Below are positions 11,677-24,958 of a stretch of 64,000 nt of DNA, in pieces. Made by a program: the position numbers and the translations under genes. The stretch is from Pristiophorus japonicus (Eukaryota), in NCBI RefSeq assembly GCF_044704955.1, contig NC_091990.1, positions 156,674,001 through 156,738,000 on the forward strand, written 5' to 3'. Numbering within the stretch: the first letter of the stretch is position 1; each line of letters starts with the position of its first letter. Below the pieces are notes generated by a model, which had not been told where the DNA came from, did no database searches, and worked only from the letters and a program-made list of their open reading frames with translations.

Positions 11677-12342
11677 GGGCCAGCACTTGCTGGATCAGGG
11701 CATCTCATGGTGTACTCTGTTAGACTTCTTCCTGCACCCTTCAGCTAAAGAAATATGTTTGTGTCCTAATCTGCTAGGAGTTTGAGCTGATAACGGCATG
11801 ACAGGACGATCAGTGTATTTTCTTAACCCATGAGATTTAACGATTGATAAACAGAGGAATGACTGAGAAGGTGGTGAAAGAGAATCAAATCAGATACAGA
11901 AAGAGAAAGAGAGAAAGTTTGGATTAAGAGAGGGGAACAAGGGAGGCAGAAAGGAAAAGAAAAACATTTAAAATTTGACGTTTTAAAAATCTCAATAATT
12001 CATTACCTAAAGCATTGAAAATGTTCACTTTCTGGGCCCCAAGACATTGATAGGCAGTCAGTCATTAAAAGGGTAGTTGCGCTATTAATTACTAAACTTG
12101 ACTTGACTTTGTGGTGAGTTTAATGGGCAATTAATGTGCAAATCCGGTAAGTTCTTAAACATAATGGGGCGTCCAATGCTGTTTGTGCCAAGTAAATGGT
12201 GGAGCAGTGTAAATCAACCAGAAAGTTCTGGAGATATGCAACTCATGGCACATCTCCAACTCCTAAACTTGCTGGACGATTTGCACATGAATAATGATGT
12301 GCGTTGTTAACACGCTGTTATTTTTTCAGCAAGTTCTGGTTC
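11677..12342. mobile_element. Harbinger-like MITE
   Basis: Imperfect TIRs GGGCCAGCACTTGCTG / CAGCAAGTTCTGGTTC, flanks AAT/GAT; shares terminal sequence with 18986-19206. Confidence 0.65.
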
Positions 12343-12349
12343 GATACAA

Positions 12350-14036
12350 GAACATAATAGGAACAGGAGTAGGCCATATGGCCCCTCGAGCCTGTTCCTC
12401 CATTCAATAAGATCATGGCTGATCTGATCATGGATTCAGCTCCACTTCCCTGCCCGCTCCCCATAACCCCTAATCGTTTAAGAAACTGTCTATTTCTGTC
12501 TTAAATTTATTTAATGTCTCAACTTCCACAGCTCTCTGAGGCAGCGAATTCCACAGATTCACAACCCTCAGAGGAAATTTCTCCTCATCTCAGTTCTAAA
12601 TGGGCGGCCCCTTATTCTAAGAGCATGGCCTCTAGATCTAGTCTCCTCTATCAGTGGAAACATCCTCTCTGCATCCACCTTGTCAAGCCCCCTCATGATC
12701 TTATACATTTCGATAAGATCACCTTTCATTCTTCTGAATTCCAATGAGTAGAGGCATAACCTACTCAACCTTTCCTCATAAGACAACTCACTCATCCCCA
12801 GAATCAATCTAGTGAATCTTTTCTGAACTGCCTCCAAAGCAAGCATATCCTTTCGTAAATATGGAAACCAAAACTGCACGCAGTATTCCAGGTGTGGCCT
12901 CACCAATACCCTGTACAGCTGCAACAAGACTGCCCTGCTTTTATACTCTATCCTCTTTGCAATGAAGGCAAAGATACCATTGGCCTTCCTGATCACTTGC
13001 TGTACCTGCATACTATCCTTTTGTGTTTCATGCACAAGTACCCTCAGGTCCCGCTGTACTGCAGCACTTTGCAATCTTTCTCCATTTAAATAATAACTTG
13101 CTCTTTGATTTTTTCTGCCAAAGTGCATGACCTCACACTTTCCAACATTATACTCCATCTGCCAATTTTTTGTCCACTCACTTAGCCTGTCTTATGTCCT
13201 TTTGCAGCTTTTTTATGTCCTCCTCACACATTGCTTTTCCTCCCATCTTTGTATCATCAGCAAACTTGGCTACGCTACACTCTGTCCCTTCTTCCAAGTC
13301 GTTAATATAGATTATAAGTATTGGGGTCCCAGCACTGATCACTGCTGCACCCCACTCATTACTAATGGTCAACCAGAGAATGAACCATTTATCCCGACGC
13401 TCTGTTTTCTGTTAGCCAATCTTCTATCCATACTAAAATATTACCCCCAACCCCGTGAACTTTTATCTTGTGCAGTAACCTTTTGTGTGGCACCTTGTCA
13501 AATGCCTTCTGGAAGTCCAAATACACCACATCCACTGGTTCCCCTTTATCCACCCTGTTCATTGCATCCTCAAAGAATTCCAGCAAATTTGTCAAACATG
13601 ACTTTCCTTTCATAAATCCATGCCGACTCTGCCTGACCAAATTTTGCTTTTCCAAATGTCCTGTTACTGCTTCTTTAATAATGGACTCCAACATTTTACC
13701 AACCACAGATATTAGGCTAACTGGTCTATAATTTCCTGCTTTTTGTCTGCCTCCTTTTTTTGAATAGGGGCGTTACATTTGCAGTTTTCCAATCTGCTGG
13801 GACCTCCCCAGAATCCAGGGAATTTGGGTAAATTACAACCAATGCATCCACAATCCCTGCCGCTACTTCTCTTAAGACCCTAGGATGCAAGCCATCCGGT
13901 CCAGGGGATTTATCTGCCTTTAGTCCCATTATCTTACTGAGTACCACGTCCTTAGTGATTGTGATTGTGTTAAGTTCCTCCCCCCCTATAGCCCCTTGAC
14001 TATCCACTGTTGGGATATTGTTAGTGTCCTCTACCA
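12350..14036 (-). mobile_element. 5'-truncated CR1 LINE
   Basis: Frameshifted ORF2 pieces 13726-14037, 13389-13706, 13178-13372 and 12568-13158 with RT motifs, then the 3' UTR. Confidence 0.95.
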
Positions 14037-17000
14037 TATGACAGCAACACTAATTTGCTTTAACTAACTGGTCTCGTTAGTCAATTTTTGAATGGAATAA
14101 TTATAGATGAAAACACTAGCATTTAGTATGAATGGAAACTTTAATTTGAAAAATTAAAAGTACATACCATTTACAGGTTAACAATATTCTTACGGTGCTT
14201 TAGAATAAGAAACTAAATACATTTCTTTACATAATCTATTGGTCATTTGGCAAGATAGATAGTATAAAAACAGACTTGCACAAACATACATGAATATGTG
14301 CACCTGTTTAACTATCATATTTGAAATTTTATGTTGGCTTCTTCAGCATGGTCAAGGCTGCTCAAAGAATGCTATATTCATAAAGATCCCTTTAAATGTA
14401 CAAAAGCCATTATAAAGGTTATTAAAAAGTATAAATTGTGCAATACCATATGTATCAAGTAAAGTCCCACTTTATCCCATTTACATAGATGTCGTTCTCG
14501 GTTTACCTCCACATTGTCCATTTCTAACAATGTTATACCGGAATGGGTGTGCTTTTAATTGGCATCCGACTTCCACAAATCTGAACAAAAAAAGGAAAAC
14601 AGAAAATGCAGGAAACAGACAGAACTTATAAAGAGAAGATAGCTTAACTTTTCAGATGTAGAACCTCAAAAGCATTCATCTGCCTTTTCTCACTTTCGAT
14701 GCCAATTGATTCATGTATTTCCAACAATTTCTGATTTGATTTCTAGAGATCTAACTTTTGTACTGTTTTCCCCCCACCCCATTTTACAGAATTAGGCTAA
14801 CTGACAACTCACAGTGCGAGAGAGAGAGAAATCTGATGGAATCATGCATATCACTCAGTAGAGAGACCATGACCATGGTAAATGCAAGTGGTGAGGCAGC
14901 ACTTCTACGGTGGAGTCAAGATAAATCACTTGAGCTTAGTGATTTTAATCAATATCCTAAAGCCACATGGTGGAATCAGTCCATTACATGTATTTCTTGG
15001 CCAGGACATAATTATCACTCAATAATAGTAATGGTAAACCTTCAAAATAGCTAATGCTCAGCACGGTTAACACTAGAGCATTCTTCCAGTCTATATCCAC
15101 TACTAGAAACAAAAAAACACATAATTTCCATGAACTCTCCAGAAAGATTGTTAAAAAAAGCACATGGGAGTGATTGCAAGGATAGAAATCTCAAGTGACA
15201 GTCAGAAGCTTGTAAATTGATTCACTATTACTTTCAGCATAGGGTGTTAACTGAACTTTGACTGACTTATAAATCACTGATAATGCTGGGGATACGTTAT
15301 CTCGTATTATGTAGGCATTATTCAGTAATTTACAGCAATTCATTATTTTGTTTAAGTTGGGATGCAACTATTACTGCGGAGAGAGAGAGAATGAACAAAT
15401 GGTCTTGCATTTCTACAGAACCTATGGCTTATAACCCTTCCTTGAAGCAACAACTGTTGTGAAAAGTCAGTAATCAGAATTGTGGAGTAATGCAAAATGA
15501 TATAATAGCAGTCAAGAACATCAGATGTGATTTAAGAGCATCACAAGAAGATTGCATTTTTCTGTAGATTACATACAGGAACATGTTACAAAGAGAAACA
15601 GTGCACAGATGATGAATTACACAAGATCCACTTCTTTGAACCTTGAGAAATATTACTGCTGGAAAATGTATCAATCTGTACAATATATTACAGAAGTACC
15701 TACAAATCTGCTGAAAATCTACAGGTAATCTGTTAGGGAAGACTATTGAGGGATATGGAACAAAGATGGGTATATGGTGTGAGTTACAGATCAGCCATGA
15801 TCTAATTGAATGGTGAAACAGGCTTGAGGGGCTGAATGACCTCCTTCTGTTCCTTGGTGCAGAATATTTGCAGTTTGCTATTTCAGTTCTCTACCAATTT
15901 TTGTTAATGGCACAAATTATTCACAAAGGTTCAGAAAACAGGAATTATCATCTTTAAAGTAAAGGAATTCATTTGCACAATTTCCAAGCTTCTATAAAAA
16001 CTCAGCCATGCTCAAAATGGCATTTAGAGCATCCCATGCAGACGAAATAAGTGAAACAGTGCAAATTAGCGGTCTTGTCTCTGCAAGAGGTCATTGATAC
16101 CAGTCCTAGATTTCAGATTCTTTTCCTCAGTGCTGACAGCAAGCCTCAGCTCAATTATTAAAACGCTAAACATATTTGTCTTGGGATATGGGGGAAAGGG
16201 AAGGGAAGAAACAATCAATTTGCCTCATCTGCTGAAGGCTATGACTTGAATTCTGTCTCCTCTCCTCTACTTCTCTCTTCCCCCTCCACAAAAGGTATTT
16301 CGCATTCACATGAACAAAAATTTCAGCTCCATATCTATCACTGTGATAAGACTCCCGAATAGCTCAAAAATAATTCCTTCTATCAAGATATATTAAAAAC
16401 AAACAATGGGGAACTGGGTGACACAGCGGGTTAAACACTGACCGTGCACTTTTGGGACCGACTATATATCCAGACTAGACAGATTGATAAGGTGAAAGTG
16501 ATTGGTGCCTGCCTGCTGTAAAAGTTGTATGCAAAAGTTGTATGCACGTATTGGCCCCTTCAACAACAGGTTGCTCGATAGCGAGCTCAGGGGAAAGCAT
16601 GAGCAATATTCCTGGCCGTCATCCAACGGCACTGAACCAATTATACCTTCATCATCCCAATCGAGATCCAGTAACTCAGCACAAGTCAGAGATTGGACCT
16701 GCATTTAGCGACTGCCTGGATAACCATTCTAAGTCATCTGAGAATGCAGAACTAAAAGTGATAGTAAATACTGGTGTTCGTCACTTTTATCAGCGATTTA
16801 AAAAACATGATTCTTGCAGTAGGTTAGAACTTTGAACAGCCAGAAAAAGTTACACCCAATCCAGTGTAAGTATTTCACAGCAATTATTTGACATAATTAC
16901 ATAAAAGACCACAAAATAGTGCAAAGCTATACAATTCAGGTGTAAGCTGCAAAAATGTTGCAATCCTATTCTGTACAATTACTATTAAGTTAAATTTTAG

Positions 17001-17798
17001 GCTAGCAATGTAAAAAGGGGTGTGGTACACACACATTTATAATATTTTGTCAAAAGCTGTGCTAACATTAGTAAAAGAATATTGAAGAATTGGTATCCCT
17101 TTTCCTTTAAATGAAATGCTAAACAGTTTAAAACACAGCTAGGAAACATTGCATCTCATTTGATTCAATTTTATCTCCTTTATAATCCTACGTATACACA
17201 AGGAAACACAGATACGTAGTACCTCTTAATTTTTAATTCAATAAATATAACTCATGGCTTCAGAATTATGGAAATATCACAATTGTCATTTTCATATCCA
17301 GCAGAAAAAAAAAACGATGGGAATTTTTCTCGCCCACTTGTAAGGAGGGAAAAATCTCAAATTTGGCACTCAGATGTCACACAGATTGCCATTCAGGTGT
17401 CATTCAGTTTTGATCTGCTGAATGCCACACCCAGGCTCCTTGGCTGCATATTTCACATGGGCCAGATTAGGCCGGGGATTAACCCGAGTAAACAGATATG
17501 TAAAAGCCTACTGCAAAGTTAACTGTCATTTTGATACAAGTCATTTACCTGCACCATTGACAATTTTTGTAGCGTACAAGTGACACGGGACTATTCAATC
17601 CAAATGGGAGTTCTAAACTTGTTCCCTTTCATAGACTCCCCCAAAACAGATTCCATAGGATTAAAACTTGAAAGATCGAAGGGCAACAGGATTCCCCATT
17701 TTGAAGAGTAGTCAGTGCAAAACTCTGCATTGTCAATGTGGGATAAATACTATAGAAATGAAGGGTAAATGCACACATAAAAGCAAAACTCAAAAGCT

Positions 17799-17980
17799 TC
17801 AGATGGTCATAATCGCAGGTGGCTGCAACAGAGGTGTCCGTTCTCCACATGCTGGATTTCTCCTGCTTTTCCATTGGATGTACGGGCAAGGTGGAAAATA
17901 TGATCTATTTCGCACCAAACGAAACTGCAGTGCTATACCGATAACAAACAAAAATGCCCATATAGATGTCAGAACGTAAT
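17799..17980 (-). CDS. TM7SF3: TM7SF3 last coding exon (probable exon 12)
   Basis: tcttctccag|AT acceptor; (D)YVLTSIWAFLFVIGIALQFRLVRNRSYFPPCPYIQWKSRRNPACGERTPLLQPPAIMTI*; FPPxPY and GERTPLL match the TM7SF3 C-terminus as I recall it. Confidence 0.93.
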
Positions 17981-18373
17981 CTGGAGAAGAATTAAAAAAT
18001 TGCCATCAGTTTAACAAAAATCAGTGGGTTTTATAATATGGACAAAATGATAAGTGCCAATATCGAGTTAGTGTACTTGCTTATGCTGAACTTAATTAAA
18101 AATAACATTACCATATCCTATTCTAGTTCTGTAATCACTGCAGTTAACTGTCTTTATTAAACAGTGCAGATTACCAACAGTCCCAGAATTTAAACTACTA
18201 GAAATCACTGACACCAATTCTTCATTTATGAAAGTAAGCGGGATTTGACAGATAGAACCGTGCTTCAGTAACAGTGATCTCATTCCCAATTCCCAGTTAA
18301 CGAGCTAACAAACAGAACTGCACTCATGTCCTTCAATCTCAGGAGAAAGATTTTACTGAACTGAAACACCTAC

Positions 18374-18536
18374 CTGTACGTTGGAAAGGAGCATCGCTGT
18401 ACACCTTTGCAAAATCTGGGTGTACTGCTCTCTTGATGACATTTAGAATGATGTAAGTCAGGCTGGTGTAGACATATACTCCAACTGCAGTAATTACAGC
18501 ATAAGAGCCAACCAGTGCACACGTGATGATGTTCAG
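18374..18536 (-). CDS. TM7SF3: TM7SF3 coding exon (probable exon 11, 163 bp)
   Basis: atag|CTG ... ACAG|gtaggt; LNIITCALVGSYAVITAVGVYVYTSLTYIILNVIKRAVHPDFAKVYSDAPFQRT; phase 0 to 1. Confidence 0.95.
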
Positions 18537-18839
18537 CTATTAAAACAAAATACACAAACACACACACTATTAGAAGCAGTACATTTAACACTTATTCTAC
18601 AAAATCCAGCCTTGCTTCCCTTTAAAATTTCTGAAATCAATGATTACTTACTACATATGAAGGGCCGGGGGGGAGGAGGGGGGGTGGGGGAGAAGACTCC
18701 AACTAGATTTCAGACAAGGAAAAAATCTCATTATGTGCTGTTTGGTGATTGCACGTATTAGATCCACTGAAACTCAAACCAACCACAACATCAGTACCCA
18801 GTACCTCACAACAGTGGCAAAAAGAAAAATGCAAGAGGA

Positions 18840-19340
18840 ATTACTTGCATTTATAAAACATCTTTGACATCCTCAAAGCACTTCGCAGGCAATGTTGAAA
18901 CGTGGTCACTGTTTTGTAGGCAACGTGACTGCTATCTTTGAGCCTGTTGTGTGCAAATTAGCTATGAGATAAATGACCATTTAATGGCCCAGAAGTTTCT
19001 GGAACGGGGCATTTCGCGCCGTGCCCTGTCAGATAGATTTTTCCCCTCACCCTTCAGCTCAAAAGGTTTTTGCAGACCAAATGATCTAGCAACTTGTAGC
19101 AATTCAAGGGCAGTCTCTTTCTCGCCACAAGTTGCTGGCCGATTTACACATTAATAACGGCTAGTGCCATTAAATTTGTCATTACTTTGGCAGCAAACTT
19201 TGGGCCAATCTGTTTTTGACTGATGTTGGCCATGAGACCTGCAGAACTCCTCCGTTCTTGCTATGGGATGTTTTACATCTTCCCGAACAGGCAGACGGGG
19301 CTCACTTTAATGTCTCATCAGAATGACAGGCTTGATAGGG
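18840..19340 (-). mobile_element. Decayed Deu-type SINE interrupted by a MITE
   Basis: Reverse-strand similarity to the SINE at 44165-50190 (ACTTGCATTTATA tail, AAATGACCA..AATCTGTTTTT). Confidence 0.55.
18986..19206. mobile_element. Short Harbinger-like MITE
   Basis: TIRs GGCCCAGAAGTTTCTG / CAGCAAACTTTGGGCC with a 3-bp TSD AAT/AAT. Confidence 0.8.
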
Positions 19341-19609
19341 CACTATAAAAATATATGCCTTTCCATTTCAGTGTACATACTGGAGAAAGGGGCAGAATTA
19401 TATTTAATATTGCCGATCCTCACAAAATGGCAGAAGATAGATCCATGTTAGGCTGGGTGAGGAGGAATAAGAGAAAAAAATTTTTTTTCCCTAAAATCAG
19501 TACTAGAATATATTGTCATGCTGCTTACTTTTCAAAGCAGTTTTTGCACTACTGTTGCAGAAAATTTACTCTGACCTGGGAAACACAAAATATTAAATAC
19601 GGTACTTAC

Positions 19610-19707
19610 TGTCCTTGCAAATGGAATCAGAACCGTAGGCACCACCAGCGTCACACAGGCAAACACAATCCAGAAATTGAAGTCATTGCGGAATAAAGTA
19701 AAATTTG
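19610..19707 (-). CDS. TM7SF3: TM7SF3 coding exon (probable exon 10, 98 bp)
   Basis: aaacag|CA ... ACA|gtaagt; (A)NFTLFRNDFNFWIVFACVTLVVPTVLIPFART; phase 1 to 0. Confidence 0.93.
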
Positions 19708-19962
19708 CTGTTTCGGAAGAACATGCAAATGTAATTAGACATCAAGGACAAATTCAACATTGCACTAACATTTGGTGCAAATAAATGACACCATTTTGTC
19801 ACCACTTGCCCAGCGAGAAAGCTTTTTTGGCCATATTCCCAAATGAGCTAAGTTACACAAAAAACCCCAGAAAATGCTGTAAACACAGATGGTGTCTGAC
19901 CTGCAGTATAAAGAGAAATGACTGCTTTTGAATTGATGCAGGGCAACCACCCAAAATACAAC

Positions 19963-20686
19963 GGCCCGGATTTTGGGATAGGAATAATGGAGAGGCTATC
20001 GGCGCTCACTGTTAGAGTAATTCGAACTTCCAGAGTCCGCACATGCAGTTAAAGGCAGAAATCCAGAAGCTGGCGTCCGATTATTCCTGCTCCTCCACAA
20101 GCTTCCTCACCAACAGATTCAGCATTCAAATACATGAAGTGGGTCACCAGTTACCCGCTAAACATGCCAGAAAAAAAAAAATCAGGTTTGGTGTATTCCT
20201 GTGTACGTGAATTTTTAATGCCAGGTTAAGTCTTAATTACTGCCAAACACTCTCTCTGGCACTGAAAATTTAATTTTACAAGTGTGGAGTCTCATTCCTT
20301 CAGAATTAAATTGTTGGTGATTTAAAGAAAATAAAAATTACAACTCTTTAAAAAAAAAAAATTATTTTGGTCTCTTTGATCTTTCTCTCTCTTACTCCCA
20401 TCTTTCGTTCCCTCTCAACTTCACTTTCTGTACATGATTTTACATTGAATTAAATATTCTAATTGATACATCCTAGTTTAGACTGTGTCTCAGTGAGTAG
20501 TCTTCATTCTGCTGAATGCAGTTACTTGTTCGCACATGCCACAGATCTCCTTTAGAGGGCGCCACGCTGAAAGGATCTCAATACTGCAAGCTGCTGATCA
20601 AAAGTCTAAGAAATGTCTGTGGGCAGCTATAAGCATAATGAAGAGTGAGCGGATTCCCTTTGCCACTGACCGCAAAATCTGAGTCC
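19963..20686. mobile_element. Harbinger-like MITE
   Basis: Imperfect TIRs GGCCCGGATTTTG / CAAAATCTGAGTCC; the interior is related, in reverse, to 11677-12342 and 57790-58290. Confidence 0.6.
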
Positions 20687-20791
20687 ATAACTTGTCTTTT
20701 CTTTTTGCAAATGCTGTATGACTAATGCAGATTTCCAGCACTCACTGTTTTTATTTCTCATTTCCAGCAATTGTAGTTTTAACTATTTATT

Positions 20792-21430
20792 GACCCATAA
20801 TTTGCAGCCCCTATGGGCACGTACGAGGTCCGTACTCACCCGTAAGGGCCACGCAAGTTCCAGGTTTTCACCTGTACAATAAGGCAAGAATTCCCGACAG
20901 ATCCAATGCATCCCCAGGAAGAGAGCCTCCGCAGGCGGAGAGATGGGCCATTTGCCCAACAAATGCCCGCGATATTCTTACACCTGGTAAGGCCTGCTTT
21001 TACCAGCGCAAGAGTTTTTTTTTAAATTAGACTTTTTTTTGATAATTTATACATTAAAAAACCTGTACAAGGCGGCAAATTTATTTTTAGCCCTTTAAAA
21101 CATTTAAATTTATTTTTCAAAAAATTTAATTTTTGTTTTAAATATTTAATTAAGTGGCATTTTAATTGTAAATATGTAATGGTTTTTATTTATTTGAAAT
21201 ATAGATGTATTTTTGGGGTATTCCCATTCATGCTTATGGGGAATCACTTCTTTTGGGCCAGCCCACGTGATCCCAGGGGGAACTCACGATCCGCATGCCT
21301 CAGATATGTGGGCCTCTACCCACGGGTACCCGGAGAGCTCCAGAACTGCAAATCTCCATGCCTTCCAGACCACCAGGTACACGGGCATTTTACTTGCAGA
21401 TCGGAGGCATTTCCCCGTGGAAAGACTCAG
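20792..21430. mobile_element. Harbinger-like MITE (10548 family)
   Basis: Same layout as 10548-11290 (TTGCCCA motif, AT-rich core, GCCCACGTGA motif, similar right arm). Confidence 0.6.
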
Positions 21431-22463
21431 ACTACAAAGTTGACTTGCACTTTGTATTCAATTTTCATCCAGTGCAGACAATCTGGCGACATAACTCCAT
21501 TGTCCAGAAGGCAAATACCTCATTTAGAAGCCACAGTACTGCTACTTTCCATAGAAATAGGAAAAATCCCTGTTTCTCATGCATATGCATTAGTGACGTG
21601 ATGGTACCACTTTCTCTTCAATTTAAAAAATATATAAATTTTAGTAATTGGTACATTTTATCCATTTCGCCTCCTGTATTGAGATTTACAAATTAATTAA
21701 ATAGAATGAGATATTGGTAATTTGGACTAATCCAAAACAGTTACTCTGTTCCAATTGGTTTAAAGCAGTCACAATTTGCATAGTGAATCACACTCTCCAT
21801 AACTAGGCAGCTAAAATGGTAAATAAACTTGTAAAATCTAAACATCTAACCACAGTATTTGTACATTATAGTCAATGGGGTGTATAAAATCCACTGTGGA
21901 CTGGTGATGCGTAGAACATGAAGCTGATGGGCCACCAGAATTCACTTCCACCTTTGTAGGTCCCCATTCATAGTCAGCACCATTCTCATTTTATTCTACT
22001 TCCCTCCCCCCTCTGCCCCACCAGTCCGAGATGCGAACTGTGGAGTGCACATTAATATAAAAAGGATCCCACTGAGGACTTTCAAAACTAGCAGTACAGG
22101 AAGGTAGAACTTTTCACCAAAAAAAAGTGTTAAAGCACCTTACATGAACCAGAAGCCAGTCATGGTCATGAGGGAACTTTAAAAAAAAAATCAATCCCCA
22201 AGTAGAAACTGGCAGAACCAAGATGGCAACAAATCACTACAGGCCCACAAAAGCCCTTTGAAACCAGCCAAATCTCCTGGTCTTAAATCCTCTTAGCCAA
22301 GAGCAGGCACAGTAAAGCAGCAGAACCACAGCTAACTGGATGGGGGAGGTGGGAAGGGTGGGGGAAAAAGAAAGACACATACTTGGGCAATACACAAGTA
22401 TTGAGTCAGTTGAGTGCTTTGTTCCTCTCGTGGATGAAAAGGGATACAATTATTTCTATCATA

Positions 22464-22903
22464 CAGGTAAAATGCCTGAAATCCAGAGTTCTTAAAACCG
22501 TAATTGTCTGAAAACCGGACATTGGGCAGATGACAGGAGTCAGTGTTCGGAATCCGGAAAGCTGTTCGAAAATCAGATATTTTTATTTTTTTTTAAATGG
22601 TGCATGGAAGGCAAAGAGACGTCCGGAATCTGAAAATTGAACATTTTTTTTTAAATAAACGGCACAAATATAGGGTATGTAGACCTGCTCCTGAGCCTTT
22701 CGGAATGCCCCACGACTCCGACCCACGTGAGACCCGAGCCGACGCCCACCTGACCCACGTATTCCTCTCGGACTTCTCCGAAATCCGGAAATACCCGGAG
22801 ACTTGACCCAGGGGTTTCCGGGACGTCGGATTTCATCTTCGAAATCTGGAAAAACCTGAATGGCCTCGGTTCTGAGGTTTTCGGTTTTGGGATGTTCTAA
22901 CTG
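22464..22903. mobile_element. Tc1/mariner (Tigger/pogo-like) MITE
   Basis: TA|CAGGTAAAATGCCTGAAATCC ... GGTTTTGGGATGTTCTAACTG|TA; TA TSD; many subterminal TCCGG/AATCCGGAAA repeats. Confidence 0.7.
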
Positions 22904-22940
22904 TACTAACAAAGTTAATTGATTTCCTCCTTTGACTTAC

Positions 22941-23093
22941 CAAGTGGAGTAAAGAAAATCATTGCTGCCACCAAAAATCCCAGCACCAATCCCACAAACG
23001 CTACACAGGGTACAGGAATACCAAACCTCCATCTCACCAGGGTCACTACCTTACCACCGAGCAGTCCGACTGCTATGGAAATGGCAAACCGGC
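22941..23093 (-). CDS. TM7SF3: TM7SF3 coding exon (probable exon 9, 153 bp)
   Basis: ttttgcag|GC ... CTTG|gtaagt; (S)RFAISIAVGLLGGKVVTLVRWRFGIPVPCVAFVGLVLGFLVAAMIFFTPL; WRFG and GLVLGFL..FFTPL motifs. Confidence 0.95.
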
Positions 23094-23629
23094 CTGCAAA
23101 AAAAAAATATATAGCAAATCTTAAGGATATCATATATTTTCATAAAACTGGCAAAATAGAAAGCTCTTTAGAGGTGCACAATGAGTCTTTAGGACAACAT
23201 ATTGGTGCATTACCAACAGATATCAAAACAGTGCATATGTTTTGTATAATGCTCTCATGTCCCCAAAATCGCTTTCAAAACAATTGGACTAGTTCTGATA
23301 AGATTCTTAATGCTGTTCTCTATGAAGTTTCCAACCTAGTCAACCAATCCACCAAAGTTAAATTCAGGTAATTAAGTTGGGACATAAAGGTCACAGCTAG
23401 CTACTACTGCATGTGCTTTAGCCATATCTGTAGTGGGAGTTATTCTAACCTGCTCATTGTGAGGAACCAACCTCTTCGGTGGGTAGGCCCAGCAAGCACT
23501 GAACTGGGGCCCCTGGAAGTGCAAGGCTAATCATGTTCCTCGTGGTTTCCCAGGCTGCTGTCCAGAATGGCTGAACACAGGGGCATGACCAGAATGCATT
23601 TTATTTAATGTATGTCGGTTTAATTTTTC

Positions 23630-24250
23630 CACCTCCAAAACATGGCCCCTGCCTCAGCTCATCTGCTGATGAAACACTCATCCATGCCTGTGTTACCTTT
23701 AGGCTTGACTACTCCAACACACTCCTGGTCGGCCTCCCACATTCTACCCTTCGTAAACTTGGTCATCCAAAACTCTGCTGCCCATGTCCTAACTCGCACC
23801 AAGTACCATTCAGCCATCACCCCTGTTCTCGCTGAACCTACCTTGGTTCCCAGTTAAGCAACACCTCAATTTTAAAATTCCCATCCTGATTTTCAAACCT
23901 CACCACTCCCTATCTTTGTAATCTCCTCCAGCTCCACTGCCCTCAGAGATATCGGCGCTCCTCTAACTCTGGCCTCTTGAGCATCCCCGATTTTAATCGC
24001 TCCACCATTTTCAGCCGTGCCTTCAGCTGCCAAGGCACTAAGCTGTGGAATTCCCTCACTAAACCTCTCCGCCATTCTTTCCCCCTTAAAGATGCTCCTT
24101 AAAACCTACACCTTGACCAAGCTTTTGATCACCTGCCCCAATATCTCCTTATGTGGCTCAGTGTCAAATTTTGTTTGGCAATGCTCCTGTGAAGCGCTTT
24201 GGGACATTTTACTACATTAAAAGTGCTACATAAATACAAGTTGTTGTTGT
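23630..24250 (+). mobile_element. L2 LINE 3' fragment
   Basis: ETLIHACVTFRLDYSNTLL; L2 3' end followed by a (TTG)n tail. Confidence 0.85.
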
Positions 24251-24877
24251 TAATTGAAAAAAAATGGCGCCGGTAGTCCTTGCGCAATGACACAGGACAA
24301 ATCCCCGTGGTGGTGTTTGCTTCAAAGTCGGAGGTGCTCATATTATGCAGACTTGGATGGATATGTACATTCTGCAGTATGGTTATGGAAGCATGAAGAT
24401 TTACTCATGGAAAGGGTGGGGTGGATGGACGGAGGGGGCTCATTTTCTTTCTTGTTAACTGTATTGTAAAAAGCTTTCCATTAGCAACTAAGGAGTGGCA
24501 CAAATTTGTAACACAATGCAATGGAAACCCTGCCAGGAAAATATCCATTCACAAAATAAAACATGCGCATGGCACCCCATTTAAAATATATTCACCATCA
24601 TCAGCTTCAGTTCACTGACATTTTTATTACACTTTTCAAAGCATATTTAGCATTTCCTTGCCCAATCAGATCAAATTTGTTGCAATTCCCCCGCAAGTGT
24701 GCAGTGCAATTTAAATTTCAGTTGAGAGAAGCATTGAGATTGTGAGTGCTCACCTTGAAGATAGCAAAGAAGAAAAATTACATAACATTGAAGAGGCACA
24801 AGTATTGTCAAGTGTTTGCTTCGACAAATTGGAAACTAAGGAATATTCTGTAATTGGGTTTCTTATTCCTCACTTAC

Positions 24878-24958
24878 TGATGAAGTCGAGTGCAAAGAAT
24901 CGTGTTACCATCACAAAGCATAGGAATCCGAAGATCAAGAATCCAAAGAAGAGAAATT
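24878..24958 (-). CDS. TM7SF3: TM7SF3 coding exon (probable exon 8, 81 bp)
   Basis: ctctctgtag|AA ... ATCA|gtaagt; (E)FLFFGFLIFGFLCFVMVTRFFALDFI; phase 1 to 1. Confidence 0.93.

Noticed and set aside
16502-16835. Short overlapping ORFs (e.g. MVPACCKSC...WTCI)
   Set aside because: Non-ATG start just after an in-frame stop, no compatible splice site and no known domain; possibly within an old SINE-like remnant.
1-17000. Expected tail-to-tail neighbour FGFR1OP2 (mammalian synteny)
   Set aside because: I could not find any exon matching it. 1-600 looks UTR-like, but that is not enough to call.
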